Shown piece after piece: positions 1-8,218 of a DNA stretch of 25,656 nt. The notes beneath the pieces are model-generated. The model did not search any database. It was not told the DNA's origin and was given only the letters and a program-made list of their open reading frames with translations. Source of the stretch: Candidatus Altiarchaeota archaeon (GTDB lineage: Archaea > Altiarchaeota > Altiarchaeia > IMC4 > QMZM01); contig JAFGDV010000028.1 in assembly GCA_016931955.1 (NCBI GenBank), positions 1 to 25,656 on the forward strand, written 5' to 3'. Each line of letters opens with the position of its first letter. The first letter of the stretch is position 1. Position numbers and translations under genes: made by a program.

Positions 1-3
1 TTA

Positions 4-22
4 GAATCTGCGAAGCAGATTC
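4..22. repeat. Perfect inverted repeat GAATCTGC-GAA-GCAGATTC (GCGAAGC mini-hairpin core)
   Basis: 8-bp perfect stem with GAA triloop read directly from the sequence. Confidence 0.7.
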
Positions 23-45
23 CAATTTTTCTTTGGGATGATAGA

Positions 46-70
46 CCTTTCTTTTTCCTAAAAAGAAAGG
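46..70. repeat. Perfect inverted repeat CCTTTCTTTTT-CCT-AAAAAGAAAGG just downstream of the tRNA (possible terminator or repeat module)
   Basis: 11-bp perfect stem, 3-nt loop; lies a few nt past the tRNA 3' end on the minus strand. Confidence 0.6.
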
Positions 71-74
71 GCTA

Positions 75-169
75 TGCCCGCGCCGAGATTTGAACTCGGG
101 TCGGAAGCTCTCTGTGAACCTTTTTTTTTCTCCGCAGGCTCCCAGGATGTCCAGCTACCCTACGCGGGC
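75..169 (-). tRNA. tRNA-Arg(GCG) with a 22-nt intron at canonical position 37/38
   Basis: Minus strand gives acceptor stem GCCCGCG/CGCGGGC plus discriminator A, D-arm GGGTAGCTGGACATCCT with Arg identity base A20, anticodon stem GGAGC/GCTTC with loop CT-GCG-G^A, and T-arm CCGAG-TTCAAAT-CTCGG. CCA is not encoded. Confidence 0.93.
110..131 (-). other. tRNA intron AGAAAAAAAAAGGTTCACAGAG forming a relaxed BHB motif
   Basis: Removing 131..110 restores a 7-nt anticodon loop. Central helix CTGC/ACAG pairs 3 of 4, bulges are GG^A and AG^A, outer intron helix is GAA/TTC. Confidence 0.85.
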
Positions 170-206
170 CCGACGCAAAGTTGATGATTTTGGTTTCTTT
201 TATTCG

Positions 207-240
207 GTGGGGCTAAGCTCCGAAGGAGCGCACGCCCCAC
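207..240. repeat. Interrupted hairpin GTGGGGC..GCTCC-GAA-GGAGC..GCCCCAC
   Basis: 7-bp outer stem (207-213/234-240) and 5-bp inner stem with GAA triloop (217-229). Confidence 0.65.
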
Positions 241-270
241 ACTGGTGCCAGCTGACAGTGGCAGCTGCAG

Positions 271-295
271 GGATATCCAGCTACCCTACGCGGGC
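271..295 (-). repeat. Direct repeat of the tRNA-Arg 5' end (24/25 nt identical to 145-169)
   Basis: ggatatccagctaccctacgcgggc (271-295) versus ggatgtccagctaccctacgcgggc (145-169). Confidence 0.9.
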
Positions 296-337
296 TTTTT
301 GAGTGGGTATACTATTAGTGGTGAATTGATTTGTTAA

Positions 338-431
338 GTCCTGTCGAGCAACAGCGAAGACAGGACACGCATTTTAAAATCGCAGAGCGATTTTAAAGCC
401 ACAAGATTGCGAAGCAATCTTGATGTGTCAA
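338..431. repeat. Multi-hairpin non-coding element (MITE/REP-like or structured RNA)
   Basis: GTCCTGTC/GACAGGAC (338-366), TTTAAAATCGC-AGA-GCGATTTTAAA (373-397), CAAGATTGC-GAA-GCAATCTTG (402-422); an alternative closing stem GACAC(364-368)/GTGTC(425-429) is possible. Confidence 0.65.
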
Positions 432-447
432 CTGGGCGTGACAGTTG

Positions 448-460
448 TTATATATTTATT
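448..460 (+). promoter_or_regulatory. Putative archaeal TATA box for the 483 ORF (probably leaderless)
   Basis: TTATATATTTATT located about 23-35 nt upstream of the ATG at 483. Confidence 0.5.
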
Positions 461-482
461 CAGTAAGCGTTAAGTATTAACT

Positions 483-731
483 ATGTTGTATGGGTTCCTG
501 GGTTATTTGTTGGTTGGTATTGTGTTGTTGGGTTTCCTGTATATATTCTGGAAGGTTTTAAGGAAGGTGGTCGTGAATTCGTTGGTGGGTTTGTTCCTGC
601 TTTTCGTGCTGAAATACGCCTTCGGGATTCCGATACCGATAAACTACGCCACTATCGCAGTAACTGCCTTATTCGGGCTTGCCGGCGTCGGGAGTTTATT
701 GATTCTCTCACTTGGCGGCATGCTGAGTTGA
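483..731 (+). CDS. Small membrane protein, pro-sigmaK processing inhibitor BofA family
   Basis: 82 aa, hydrophobic, with N-S-x-x-G-L and 'GIPIPINYATIAVTALFGLAGV' matching the BofA-family pattern. Confidence 0.75.
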   Translation: MLYGFLGYLLVGIVLLGFLYIFWKVLRKVVVNSLVGLFLLFVLKYAFGIPIPINYATIAVTALFGLAGVGSLLILSLGGMLS

Positions 732-764
732 GTTAATTATTTTTATTCCAATTCTTAACCTAAT

Positions 765-1628
765 GTGGCGACTAAAGTAGAGATTTCGGTTGTGGTTCCA
801 GTCTACAACGAGGAGCGGTCCATATCCGGGCTGATAGCCGACCTTAAGAGGGTTATGAAGGCGTCCGGATACGGTCACGAGATTATTGTAGTGGATGATG
901 GGAGCACCGACGGCTCAAAGAAGATCCTTGAAGGCATCGATGGAATAAAGGTGGTTGAGCATGGGGAGAACAGGGGATACGGTGCAGCACTGAAGAGCGG
1001 GATAATGAAGTCTGCAGGCGAATGGATTCTTATAATAGACGCCGACGGTACCTACTCATCTGATGATATACCAAAGCTCCTTGGACACTTTAGAAAATAT
1101 GATATGATGATCGGCGCACGGATCGGGGAAAAGGTCAGAATACCGCTTAGTAGGAGGCCGATAAAAGGCTTCTTTAATATGTTCGCCGGTTACTTGACTG
1201 GCAAAGACATTCCTGACCTTAACTCAGGTCTCAGGCTTTTCAGGAGGGACATCGTGGAGAAATACTGGAAGCTGTTCCCGGATAAGTTCTCTTTTACATC
1301 GACTTTGACCATGCTCGCTATGACGAACGATCATGGCGTTAAGTTTATCCCAATAAACTACCACAAGAGGGTCGGCAGCTCCACCATACACCCGATAAAG
1401 GACACGATGAGGTTTTTCGCTCAACTGGTGAGGTTGACCCTCTACTTTAACCCATTGAAGGTGTTCGCCCCTATTAGCGCTGTTCTCTTGTTTCTAGCTC
1501 TTGTAAGGGGCATAAGAGACTTTATTGTCACCGACAGCATAGGAAACCTTGCACTGATATTGTTTTTTATGGGTGTTCAGGCACTCTTCTTCGGTTTACT
1601 GGCGGATATCATAAATAAGAGGACTTAG
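765..1628 (+). CDS. GT2 glycosyltransferase, dolichol/polyprenol-phosphate glycosyltransferase (DPM1/GtrB-like) with two C-terminal TM helices
   Basis: VVVPVYNEE, VDDGSTD, NRGYGAAL, DADG (DxD), DLNSGLRLF, hydrophobic C-terminus; GTG start. Confidence 0.9.
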   Translation: MATKVEISVVVPVYNEERSISGLIADLKRVMKASGYGHEIIVVDDGSTDGSKKILEGIDGIKVVEHGENRGYGAALKSGIMKSAGEWILIIDADGTYSSDDIPKLLGHFRKYDMMIGARIGEKVRIPLSRRPIKGFFNMFAGYLTGKDIPDLNSGLRLFRRDIVEKYWKLFPDKFSFTSTLTMLAMTNDHGVKFIPINYHKRVGSSTIHPIKDTMRFFAQLVRLTLYFNPLKVFAPISAVLLFLALVRGIRDFIVTDSIGNLALILFFMGVQALFFGLLADIINKRT

Positions 1629-1638
1629 GCTCTGGAAG

Positions 1639-3525
1639 ATGTGTGGAATAAGCGGCTTCAACTGGTGTGACACAGAACTGATCAGGGAGATGGATAATAG
1701 GTTGAAGCACAGGGGACCTGATGGAGAAGGAACATATGTAGATGATCACGTTTCCCTGGGCCATAGGAGGCTTGCTATCATAGACCTCTCTGAAAATGGC
1801 AGACAGCCGATGTCCAATGAGGATGAGAGCGTATGGATCACCTATAATGGAGAGGTCTATAATTTTAGGGAACTTAGGGTTGACTTGGAGGTAAAAGGCC
1901 ACCGATTTAAGTCAAAAACAGACACTGAGACCTTGGTTCACGCCTATGAGGAATATGGTTCGGATTTCGTCAACAAACTGGATGGCATGTTCGCTTTCTG
2001 CATCTATGATTCAAGAAAAAGAATGCTGTTTCTGTGCAGAGACAGGCTTGGGATAAAGCCTCTCTATTACTACTGGGATGGTAGCAGGTTTATTTTCTCC
2101 AGCGAGATAAAGGGGATACTAGAGCATCCTATAGAGAGGAGAATAAACCCCATAGTCTTAAACGAATTCATGAGCATGAGATACATCTCACATCAGGAGA
2201 CCATATTCAAAAACATTTATAGAATGCTGCCAGGTGAGTTGATGAGCTTTAGCCTGGAGGAAAAGAAACTCAACAGGTCTTTTTACTGGGATACTGGCGG
2301 GATTGATGAAGTATGCGTCGGCTGGAATGATGCGAAGAATGTAATCGAAAAGAGACTGTCGGATGCTGTTAATAAGCAATTGATTGCTGACGTGCCTGTG
2401 GGAGTGTTTCTCTCTGGAGGCATAGACTCCAGCGCAGTTACCGCATTCATAAGGTCATTGGATAAGGACAGAGAAATCAAGACATTCTCCATAGCCTTCG
2501 AACACGGCGACCAGGTGAATGAGTTGCCATATGCAAAGACTGTGAGTGATTTATTGAATACTAAACACAGAGAATTCATGATTGGCCCAAGCTCCTTCCA
2601 GGACATACGGAAGATAGTGAGTTCCTTCGACGAGCCAATGGCAGATCCAGCATCAATACCCCTTTACCATCTGTCCAAAAAAACGAGCAAGTACGTTAAA
2701 GTCGTCTTGGTGGGGGATGGAGCGGATGAGTTATTTGCAGGATACGACCAGCACAGGTTCATCGGCTTACATTCGAGGATACGAAAGATTATGCCCCAGA
2801 GGTTAAGGTCTTTGGGAGCTTACCTTGTAAGGCTTACTCCGTCGATGGTCTTCAAGCAGATGTATAAATACTATGACGACCTCGGTGAAAGAGGGAGGGA
2901 ACGGATTGAGGAATTACTTGAACTGGATAACAACTTTGATGTTTACTTCAATCTTTATCAGGCCTTCACAGACACAGAGCGACGAGAAGTGCTTGGGGGG
3001 AGTTTCCGGGAATTGGATTTCCTGAGAGAGAGGAAACATCTATTCAGCGACATGAACCAAGTCCTCAGATATGACATAAAGTATCTTCTGGCAGAGGGTT
3101 ACCTGATGAAAACAGACAAGATGACGATGGCACATTCACTGGAGGCAAGAGTGCCCTTCCTCGACCACGAGCTCGTTGAATTCGTTCTAGGTTTGCCCTA
3201 CTCCTTTAAGTATAATAGGAGGATGACTAAGTTTATTTTAAGGGATATCCTGAAAAAACACCTGCCAAAGGAAATCGTCTCAAGGAAAAAACAGACCTTC
3301 CACGTTCCAATAGATAGGTGGATTCAATACGACCTGAAAGACGACTTCGGGGGGATTTTAAGTAGGGAGAATGTGGGAGAGCATGGCTTATTCAGTTATA
3401 AGTACATAGAAAAAGTATTTGATAGATTCAATAGGTCGCCTTTTTACTATGCAAGACAGCTCTGGAATCTCGCCACATTCCAAATATGGTATGAAGAGTA
3501 CATGATTGAATATGACCCAGGATAA
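1639..3525 (+). CDS. asnB: Asparagine synthase (glutamine-hydrolysing) family amidotransferase, glycan-cluster type, copy 1
   Basis: N-terminal MCGI (Ntn Cys), HRGPD, RRLAIID, YNGEVYNF, SGGIDSS, GDGADELFAGY, EARVPFLD. Confidence 0.92.
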   Translation: MCGISGFNWCDTELIREMDNRLKHRGPDGEGTYVDDHVSLGHRRLAIIDLSENGRQPMSNEDESVWITYNGEVYNFRELRVDLEVKGHRFKSKTDTETLVHAYEEYGSDFVNKLDGMFAFCIYDSRKRMLFLCRDRLGIKPLYYYWDGSRFIFSSEIKGILEHPIERRINPIVLNEFMSMRYISHQETIFKNIYRMLPGELMSFSLEEKKLNRSFYWDTGGIDEVCVGWNDAKNVIEKRLSDAVNKQLIADVPVGVFLSGGIDSSAVTAFIRSLDKDREIKTFSIAFEHGDQVNELPYAKTVSDLLNTKHREFMIGPSSFQDIRKIVSSFDEPMADPASIPLYHLSKKTSKYVKVVLVGDGADELFAGYDQHRFIGLHSRIRKIMPQRLRSLGAYLVRLTPSMVFKQMYKYYDDLGERGRERIEELLELDNNFDVYFNLYQAFTDTERREVLGGSFRELDFLRERKHLFSDMNQVLRYDIKYLLAEGYLMKTDKMTMAHSLEARVPFLDHELVEFVLGLPYSFKYNRRMTKFILRDILKKHLPKEIVSRKKQTFHVPIDRWIQYDLKDDFGGILSRENVGEHGLFSYKYIEKVFDRFNRSPFYYARQLWNLATFQIWYEEYMIEYDPG

Positions 3526-4285
3526 ACAAGATGAGTGGAGATGGCAGTGGGATAGATTCTATGACGAGAATCTGTTTTTATTCAAGGAATGGATCCACCC
3601 AACTAGGTTAGAGGATTTCAGGGAAAAAAGCGTTCTGGATTGCGGCTGTGGTAACGGACAATACATCAACATCATCGCCCCTTACTGCAAAAGGATACTT
3701 GGAGTCGATTTGAATGCGGCCGAGATCGCGAGAACTAATACAGCCCATAACACAAATGTTGAGATCATAGAGGCTGACATAACAACTATGAATCTAAAAA
3801 AGAATTTTGACATTGTTTATTCAATCGGTGTTTTACATCATACCGATAATCCAACAAACGCCTTCAACAATATCAAGAGATTTGTAAAAAAGGGTGGTAG
3901 ATTGATAGTCTGGGTTTATTCCCGTGAAGGAAATTTCTTGAATATGCTGGTATTAGAACCGATAAAGGAATTATTTTTTCGAAAACTTGACCGGAAATTT
4001 TTATTGTACCTAGCCCATGCATTGACAATCATACTCTACATGCCGATTTATACTTTATATCTACTGCCTCTGAGATTCCTGCCCTACTACCAGTATTTTC
4101 AAAACTGGAGGAAATTAAGTTATAAGAGAAATTTTATGAACGTATTCGATAAACTGAACGCCCCCACAACCCACTTCATCGGAAAGGAAACTGTGGAAAA
4201 ATGGTTCGATTCAGATGAATTCAAAGACGTGCATATCTCACTTTATAAGGGAGTCAGTTGGAGGGCTTCGGGGACTAAGAGATGA
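3512..4285 (+). CDS. Class I SAM-dependent methyltransferase
   Basis: VLDCGCGNG motif I and FDIVYSIGVLHH. ATG at 3512 preferred over TTG at 3506; overlaps the end of asnB. Confidence 0.88.
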   Translation: MTQDKQDEWRWQWDRFYDENLFLFKEWIHPTRLEDFREKSVLDCGCGNGQYINIIAPYCKRILGVDLNAAEIARTNTAHNTNVEIIEADITTMNLKKNFDIVYSIGVLHHTDNPTNAFNNIKRFVKKGGRLIVWVYSREGNFLNMLVLEPIKELFFRKLDRKFLLYLAHALTIILYMPIYTLYLLPLRFLPYYQYFQNWRKLSYKRNFMNVFDKLNAPTTHFIGKETVEKWFDSDEFKDVHISLYKGVSWRASGTKR

Positions 4286-5022
4286 CGAATGACGAGGGGA
4301 TAAATTCATTTTTTGAGTTTTACGAAACACTTGACCAGGATTTCTGGTGGGTGGAGTCAAGGAATGACCTGATTGGTAAGATGATTGATAGATATGTCGA
4401 CCCTAACAAAAGATTAAGGATCTTAGACCTCGGCTGCGGGACAGGCCTGAACTACAGGTCACTCCAAGAGCACGGTGAAGTGTACAGTTTAGACCGATCA
4501 GATAAGGCGCTTAGGTATTGCAGACAAAAGGGCATAGACAGCCTGGTTTTGGGGGATGCAGAAAAGCTTCCCTTCTCTTCATCTCAATTCGATTTGGTTG
4601 TGGCGATAGAGCTAATAGAACATATAGAAAAAGACCACGTTGTTGTGGCTGAGATAAACAGGATCCTGAAGGATGACGGATTAGTTGTGATTACAACACC
4701 AGCCTTTGATTTCCTCTGGAGCTCCGATGATGTGGTCTCAGGTCATAAGAGGAGATACACCCAAAAAGGGCTTAGAAGATTGTTGGAGGATAACGGCTTC
4801 AAGATTCTCCTATCCAGTTACAGGTATTTTTTTATATTCGCTCCAACATTTATTCTGTTTAGATTACAGTCAATACTTGATATGAAGAAGAACAGCCTCA
4901 GCTACACGCCAGGCCTCATCGGATGGCTTTTGAAGAGAATAAACGCAATAGAGAACTATCTCATATCAAAGGGGGTGAGGTTTCCCGTTGGCGTCGGACT
5001 GATCTGTGTGATAAAAAAATGA
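4282..5022 (+). CDS. Class I SAM-dependent methyltransferase (type found with GT2/GtrA glycosylation genes)
   Basis: ILDLGCGTG, LPF..FDLV..ELIEHI, WSxxDxxxGHKRRY; ATGA coupling to the upstream gene. Confidence 0.88.
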   Translation: MTNDEGINSFFEFYETLDQDFWWVESRNDLIGKMIDRYVDPNKRLRILDLGCGTGLNYRSLQEHGEVYSLDRSDKALRYCRQKGIDSLVLGDAEKLPFSSSQFDLVVAIELIEHIEKDHVVVAEINRILKDDGLVVITTPAFDFLWSSDDVVSGHKRRYTQKGLRRLLEDNGFKILLSSYRYFFIFAPTFILFRLQSILDMKKNSLSYTPGLIGWLLKRINAIENYLISKGVRFPVGVGLICVIKK

Positions 5023-6926
5023 TTGACAGAAAAATTAGCCTACAATATTCTTTATTGGCGGCGGTTATAGTTGTGTATTTGTTCTACCAATTCAGTCTCA
5101 TCTCATCATTCCAGTCTCTACCGTCGCCAATTTATGGGGGAGACTACTATCATCAGCTTGGATCAGTGATTAACATCTACCGGGGGGGGAATCCCTTCGA
5201 CAGCAGCAACACGTTAACATCCAACCCCGTTTATCTTCCCTTGTATCCTATCCTTGTGGCGTTATTTGGTAGGATTCTTTCACTGGAACCCATCAAGGCA
5301 ATGCTTAATTTCTCCTATCTGGTTATGATCTCTGCAATCGTTATCTACTACTATCTCTCCCGCCTGCTTCTCAGGAATAATTATGTTGCAGTAATAACGA
5401 CCCTTTTCTTTCTGCCGCTAGCAAAGTTCCCAGTACTGAGGTATACGGAATTCACTCAGACCATCATGATGCCCTTGTTTTTCATAACGCTCTTCTTCTT
5501 CATCAAAGATATGAACTATAAAACCAGTTTTTTATTAGCATTGGTTATGGGCTTAGCGGCTGTCTCCCACAGTAGTGCGCTTATTTGTATGTATCCTGCT
5601 TTTTTCCTGACGCTCCTCTGTTCCTCGGATATCCTATCCCTGAAGATCGAAACGAAAAAGGCTGATGATGACAGTGAAAAGGGGGGACCAACACAGGTAG
5701 ACGTGCCGAGGATAAAGATAGGGTACAGTTCAGATAAATTCAGGAAGCTTGTGAAAGACAATCTCAGATACATTCTTCTAGCATTCGTCTTAAGTTTTAT
5801 CATAGCCCAGCTCTACTGGTTCGAACCGTTTTTCATCTATCATGGGAAGACACGAATTCATTACCTGGAGTGGAACTCGTTTGATTATTCAAACAGTTCG
5901 GTGCGGTCTGAATTTCTTGTGAGTACGATTAAGGGGGTCTTTCTCAACTTGGCGTCGCCTATTTCCATAATCAGATCCATACTGTCTCTCCTAGGTGTTG
6001 TATTCATCTTAAAATCTGGGAGAGACCTTGAGGTAAAATATCTCAAACTGATGCTCATTATCGCCTTCGCCTGGACGTTCCATTATTTCCTGACCATGCC
6101 GCTCTTAAACACCCATTTTGTGCCGTACCGGATTATTGATATGCTCTTATACCCCTTAACACCCATCTTGACTGGGGGAGGTTTGATGTTCATACATTCA
6201 AAGGCTGAGAAGAATACAAAAAAATACATAAGCTTCTTTTTTGTGCTATTGATAGCCGCAACCCTAGTGGATAACGTGACCAGTTTTGAAAAAAGGATAG
6301 GAGAGAGCAAATGGATTGAGACCGGCAGAAGCCCGATACCAGCTAACCTCAATGATCTAAGCGAGTTTGTTACAGAGGATACTGGAGTAAACGATGTTTT
6401 CCTAACAACGAATGAGGTTGGGTTTGCCTTAAATGCCCTAACCGGGGCAAAGTTGTTAACTACCAGAAGAGCTCACAGTGACCCATTCATGGACATGGAT
6501 TCCAGAATGCTTGCAGCATCAATCATACTCTACGGAAACGACACAAACAAGAGGATTGATCTAATACAAGAATACGACGTCAAGTATCTCTACTGGGATT
6601 ACTACTGGATTCAAAGCGAGTACTACTTTGACGAACAGGGAAGGGTTGTAGGGTGGTTTGATCCACTGCTGCTATTTGATACACCAGATAACAGGAAGAC
6701 ATTAGAAAGATATGATATCTCATATTTCCAACAAAACACCTGGGTCGATCCAGCATTAAAGGGTGATAACTTTTTAAAATTCGATCTGCTCTTCATCTCC
6801 CCACAGAACTACCGCAGTTTCGACCGCCCATGGAACCCTGATCTAGATGAATACTTGGAGGAGGTCTGGAGCTACAACTATCAGGGGGAAAAGATCGCAG
6901 TATTATATAGTATCAAGACTCAGTAG
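5019..6926 (+). CDS. Polytopic membrane protein, probable GT-C fold glycosyltransferase
   Basis: About 10-11 hydrophobic segments, acidic motif GGDYYHQ in the loop after TM1, and a soluble C-terminal domain (VFLTTNEVGFAL...YDVKYLYWD). Start moved from 4923 to ATG 5019 because of an ATGA overlap with the upstream stop. Confidence 0.65.
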   Translation: MIDRKISLQYSLLAAVIVVYLFYQFSLISSFQSLPSPIYGGDYYHQLGSVINIYRGGNPFDSSNTLTSNPVYLPLYPILVALFGRILSLEPIKAMLNFSYLVMISAIVIYYYLSRLLLRNNYVAVITTLFFLPLAKFPVLRYTEFTQTIMMPLFFITLFFFIKDMNYKTSFLLALVMGLAAVSHSSALICMYPAFFLTLLCSSDILSLKIETKKADDDSEKGGPTQVDVPRIKIGYSSDKFRKLVKDNLRYILLAFVLSFIIAQLYWFEPFFIYHGKTRIHYLEWNSFDYSNSSVRSEFLVSTIKGVFLNLASPISIIRSILSLLGVVFILKSGRDLEVKYLKLMLIIAFAWTFHYFLTMPLLNTHFVPYRIIDMLLYPLTPILTGGGLMFIHSKAEKNTKKYISFFFVLLIAATLVDNVTSFEKRIGESKWIETGRSPIPANLNDLSEFVTEDTGVNDVFLTTNEVGFALNALTGAKLLTTRRAHSDPFMDMDSRMLAASIILYGNDTNKRIDLIQEYDVKYLYWDYYWIQSEYYFDEQGRVVGWFDPLLLFDTPDNRKTLERYDISYFQQNTWVDPALKGDNFLKFDLLFISPQNYRSFDRPWNPDLDEYLEEVWSYNYQGEKIAVLYSIKTQ

Positions 6927-6931
6927 TCGGA

Positions 6932-8218
6932 TCAAGACCTGCCAACGCCTCTATAGATGATCCCATATTTTTCAACTACTTCCTTGTTCACAACATTTCT
7001 GCCGTCGACGAAGACCTTCACGCCCTTATCCTTCAGTTCCGCGAAGTCTAGGTCCCTGTATTCCCGGTGATTTGTCGCCAGGACTACCGCATCCAGCGAA
7101 CTGGGATTCTGGAGGTCTGAGAACATGGCCCCGAAGCCCTCGATCTCCTCCTTGGAGAACAATGAGTCATGGACGAATACATTCGCCCCAGACTTCTTCA
7201 GATTTTTTATTAATGCTATCGCTGGGCTCATGAAGGTCTCCTTTACGTTGCCTCTATAAGCTAAGCCGAGGATGAGGACATTCTTTTTCTTGAACGAACC
7301 CAGTTCCTTTTTGAGTATGCTTACTGTGAACTTCGGCATGCCGTCGTTTATCTTCCTCGCCTTCTTTGCGATGCTTAAATCGATGCCGACATCAGCAGCA
7401 TTCTTTATTAAGAAATGGGGGTACACCGGCGCACAATGACCTCCGACCCCCACTCCTGGGAGGAGGATGCGCGAAAACGGGTTCGAGTTAGCCGCTTCTA
7501 TTATCTCGACTACGTCAAGTCCTCGTGCATCGCAGAATTGGGCGAATTCATTGGCTACTGCAATATTTATGTCTCTGTAGACCATGTCGAAGAGCTTCGC
7601 CGCTTCGGCTGCTTCGCAGCTTGATACTGGGATGACTTTGGAGTCGAGAACCTTCCCATAGAATTCAACACCCCTCCTTGTTGATTCCTCATTTATTCCT
7701 CCGACGAGTTTCGGTATGTTGCGGAGATAGTCGAACATTACCCCAGAGGAAACCCTCTCCGGGCTGAAAACTAGATGAAAGTCTATCCCCACCTTGAGGC
7801 CTGACTTCTCCAGGATAGGTGCCATCCTGTTCCTGGTGTCGCCTACAGGTAGGGTTGTCTCGTAGACTACTAGAGAATTTTTCTGGAGGCCTTTTGCTAC
7901 TGTCTCAGTTACTGAGTCGACTATGCAATAGTCTATGTTTCCTTTCTTATCAACTACGAGAGGGACTATGATAACTACAACATCCGACCTCTTTACTGCT
8001 TCTACGGTATCGGTTGTTGCAGAAAGAAGACCCATAACTACTGCAGCCTTGACTTTCTCTCCTAAGCCCGGTTCTTCTTTTATATGGGATACGCCCCTAT
8101 TTATTGATTCCACGACGTCCTTGTTTACGTCACAGCCAATAACCTGAAAGCCCTTACTAGCGTATTGCGCAGCCAAGGGTAACCCGATCTTGCCTAAACC
8201 GATTACACATACCCTCAT
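6932..8218 (-). CDS. wbpA: UDP-N-acetylglucosamine 6-dehydrogenase (WbpA/WecC-type nucleotide sugar dehydrogenase)
   Basis: GLGKIG, ETTLPVG, FSPERV, PGVGVGGHC (catalytic Cys), LGLAYR, DGRN; lies in an operon with wbpB/E/D-like genes. Confidence 0.85.
   Translation of the reverse strand: MRVCVIGLGKIGLPLAAQYASKGFQVIGCDVNKDVVESINRGVSHIKEEPGLGEKVKAAVVMGLLSATTDTVEAVKRSDVVVIIVPLVVDKKGNIDYCIVDSVTETVAKGLQKNSLVVYETTLPVGDTRNRMAPILEKSGLKVGIDFHLVFSPERVSSGVMFDYLRNIPKLVGGINEESTRRGVEFYGKVLDSKVIPVSSCEAAEAAKLFDMVYRDINIAVANEFAQFCDARGLDVVEIIEAANSNPFSRILLPGVGVGGHCAPVYPHFLIKNAADVGIDLSIAKKARKINDGMPKFTVSILKKELGSFKKKNVLILGLAYRGNVKETFMSPAIALIKNLKKSGANVFVHDSLFSKEEIEGFGAMFSDLQNPSSLDAVVLATNHREYRDLDFAELKDKGVKVFVDGRNVVNKEVVEKYGIIYRGVGRS

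Noticed and set aside
205-295. Second complete tRNA (apparent CT-GCC-A, Gly-like loop)
   Set aside because: There is no proper anticodon stem, no TTC T-loop in a T-arm context and no acceptor 3' strand.
145-295. CRISPR mini-array
   Set aside because: Only two copies with a 101-nt gap, the repeat is tRNA sequence, and no cas genes are in the window.
90-302. 70-aa ORF with repeated SSYPTRA peptide
   Set aside because: It is antisense to the tRNA, and the peptide repeat simply reflects the duplicated tRNA 5' end.
4923-5018. N-terminal 32 codons of the 667-aa ORF
   Set aside because: They overlap the upstream methyltransferase by about 100 nt; ATG 5019 gives a typical ATGA coupling.
5019-6926. 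Oligosaccharyltransferase AglB
   Set aside because: It lacks the WWDYG motif; the YWDYYW segment is in the wrong context. Kept only as GT-C-like.
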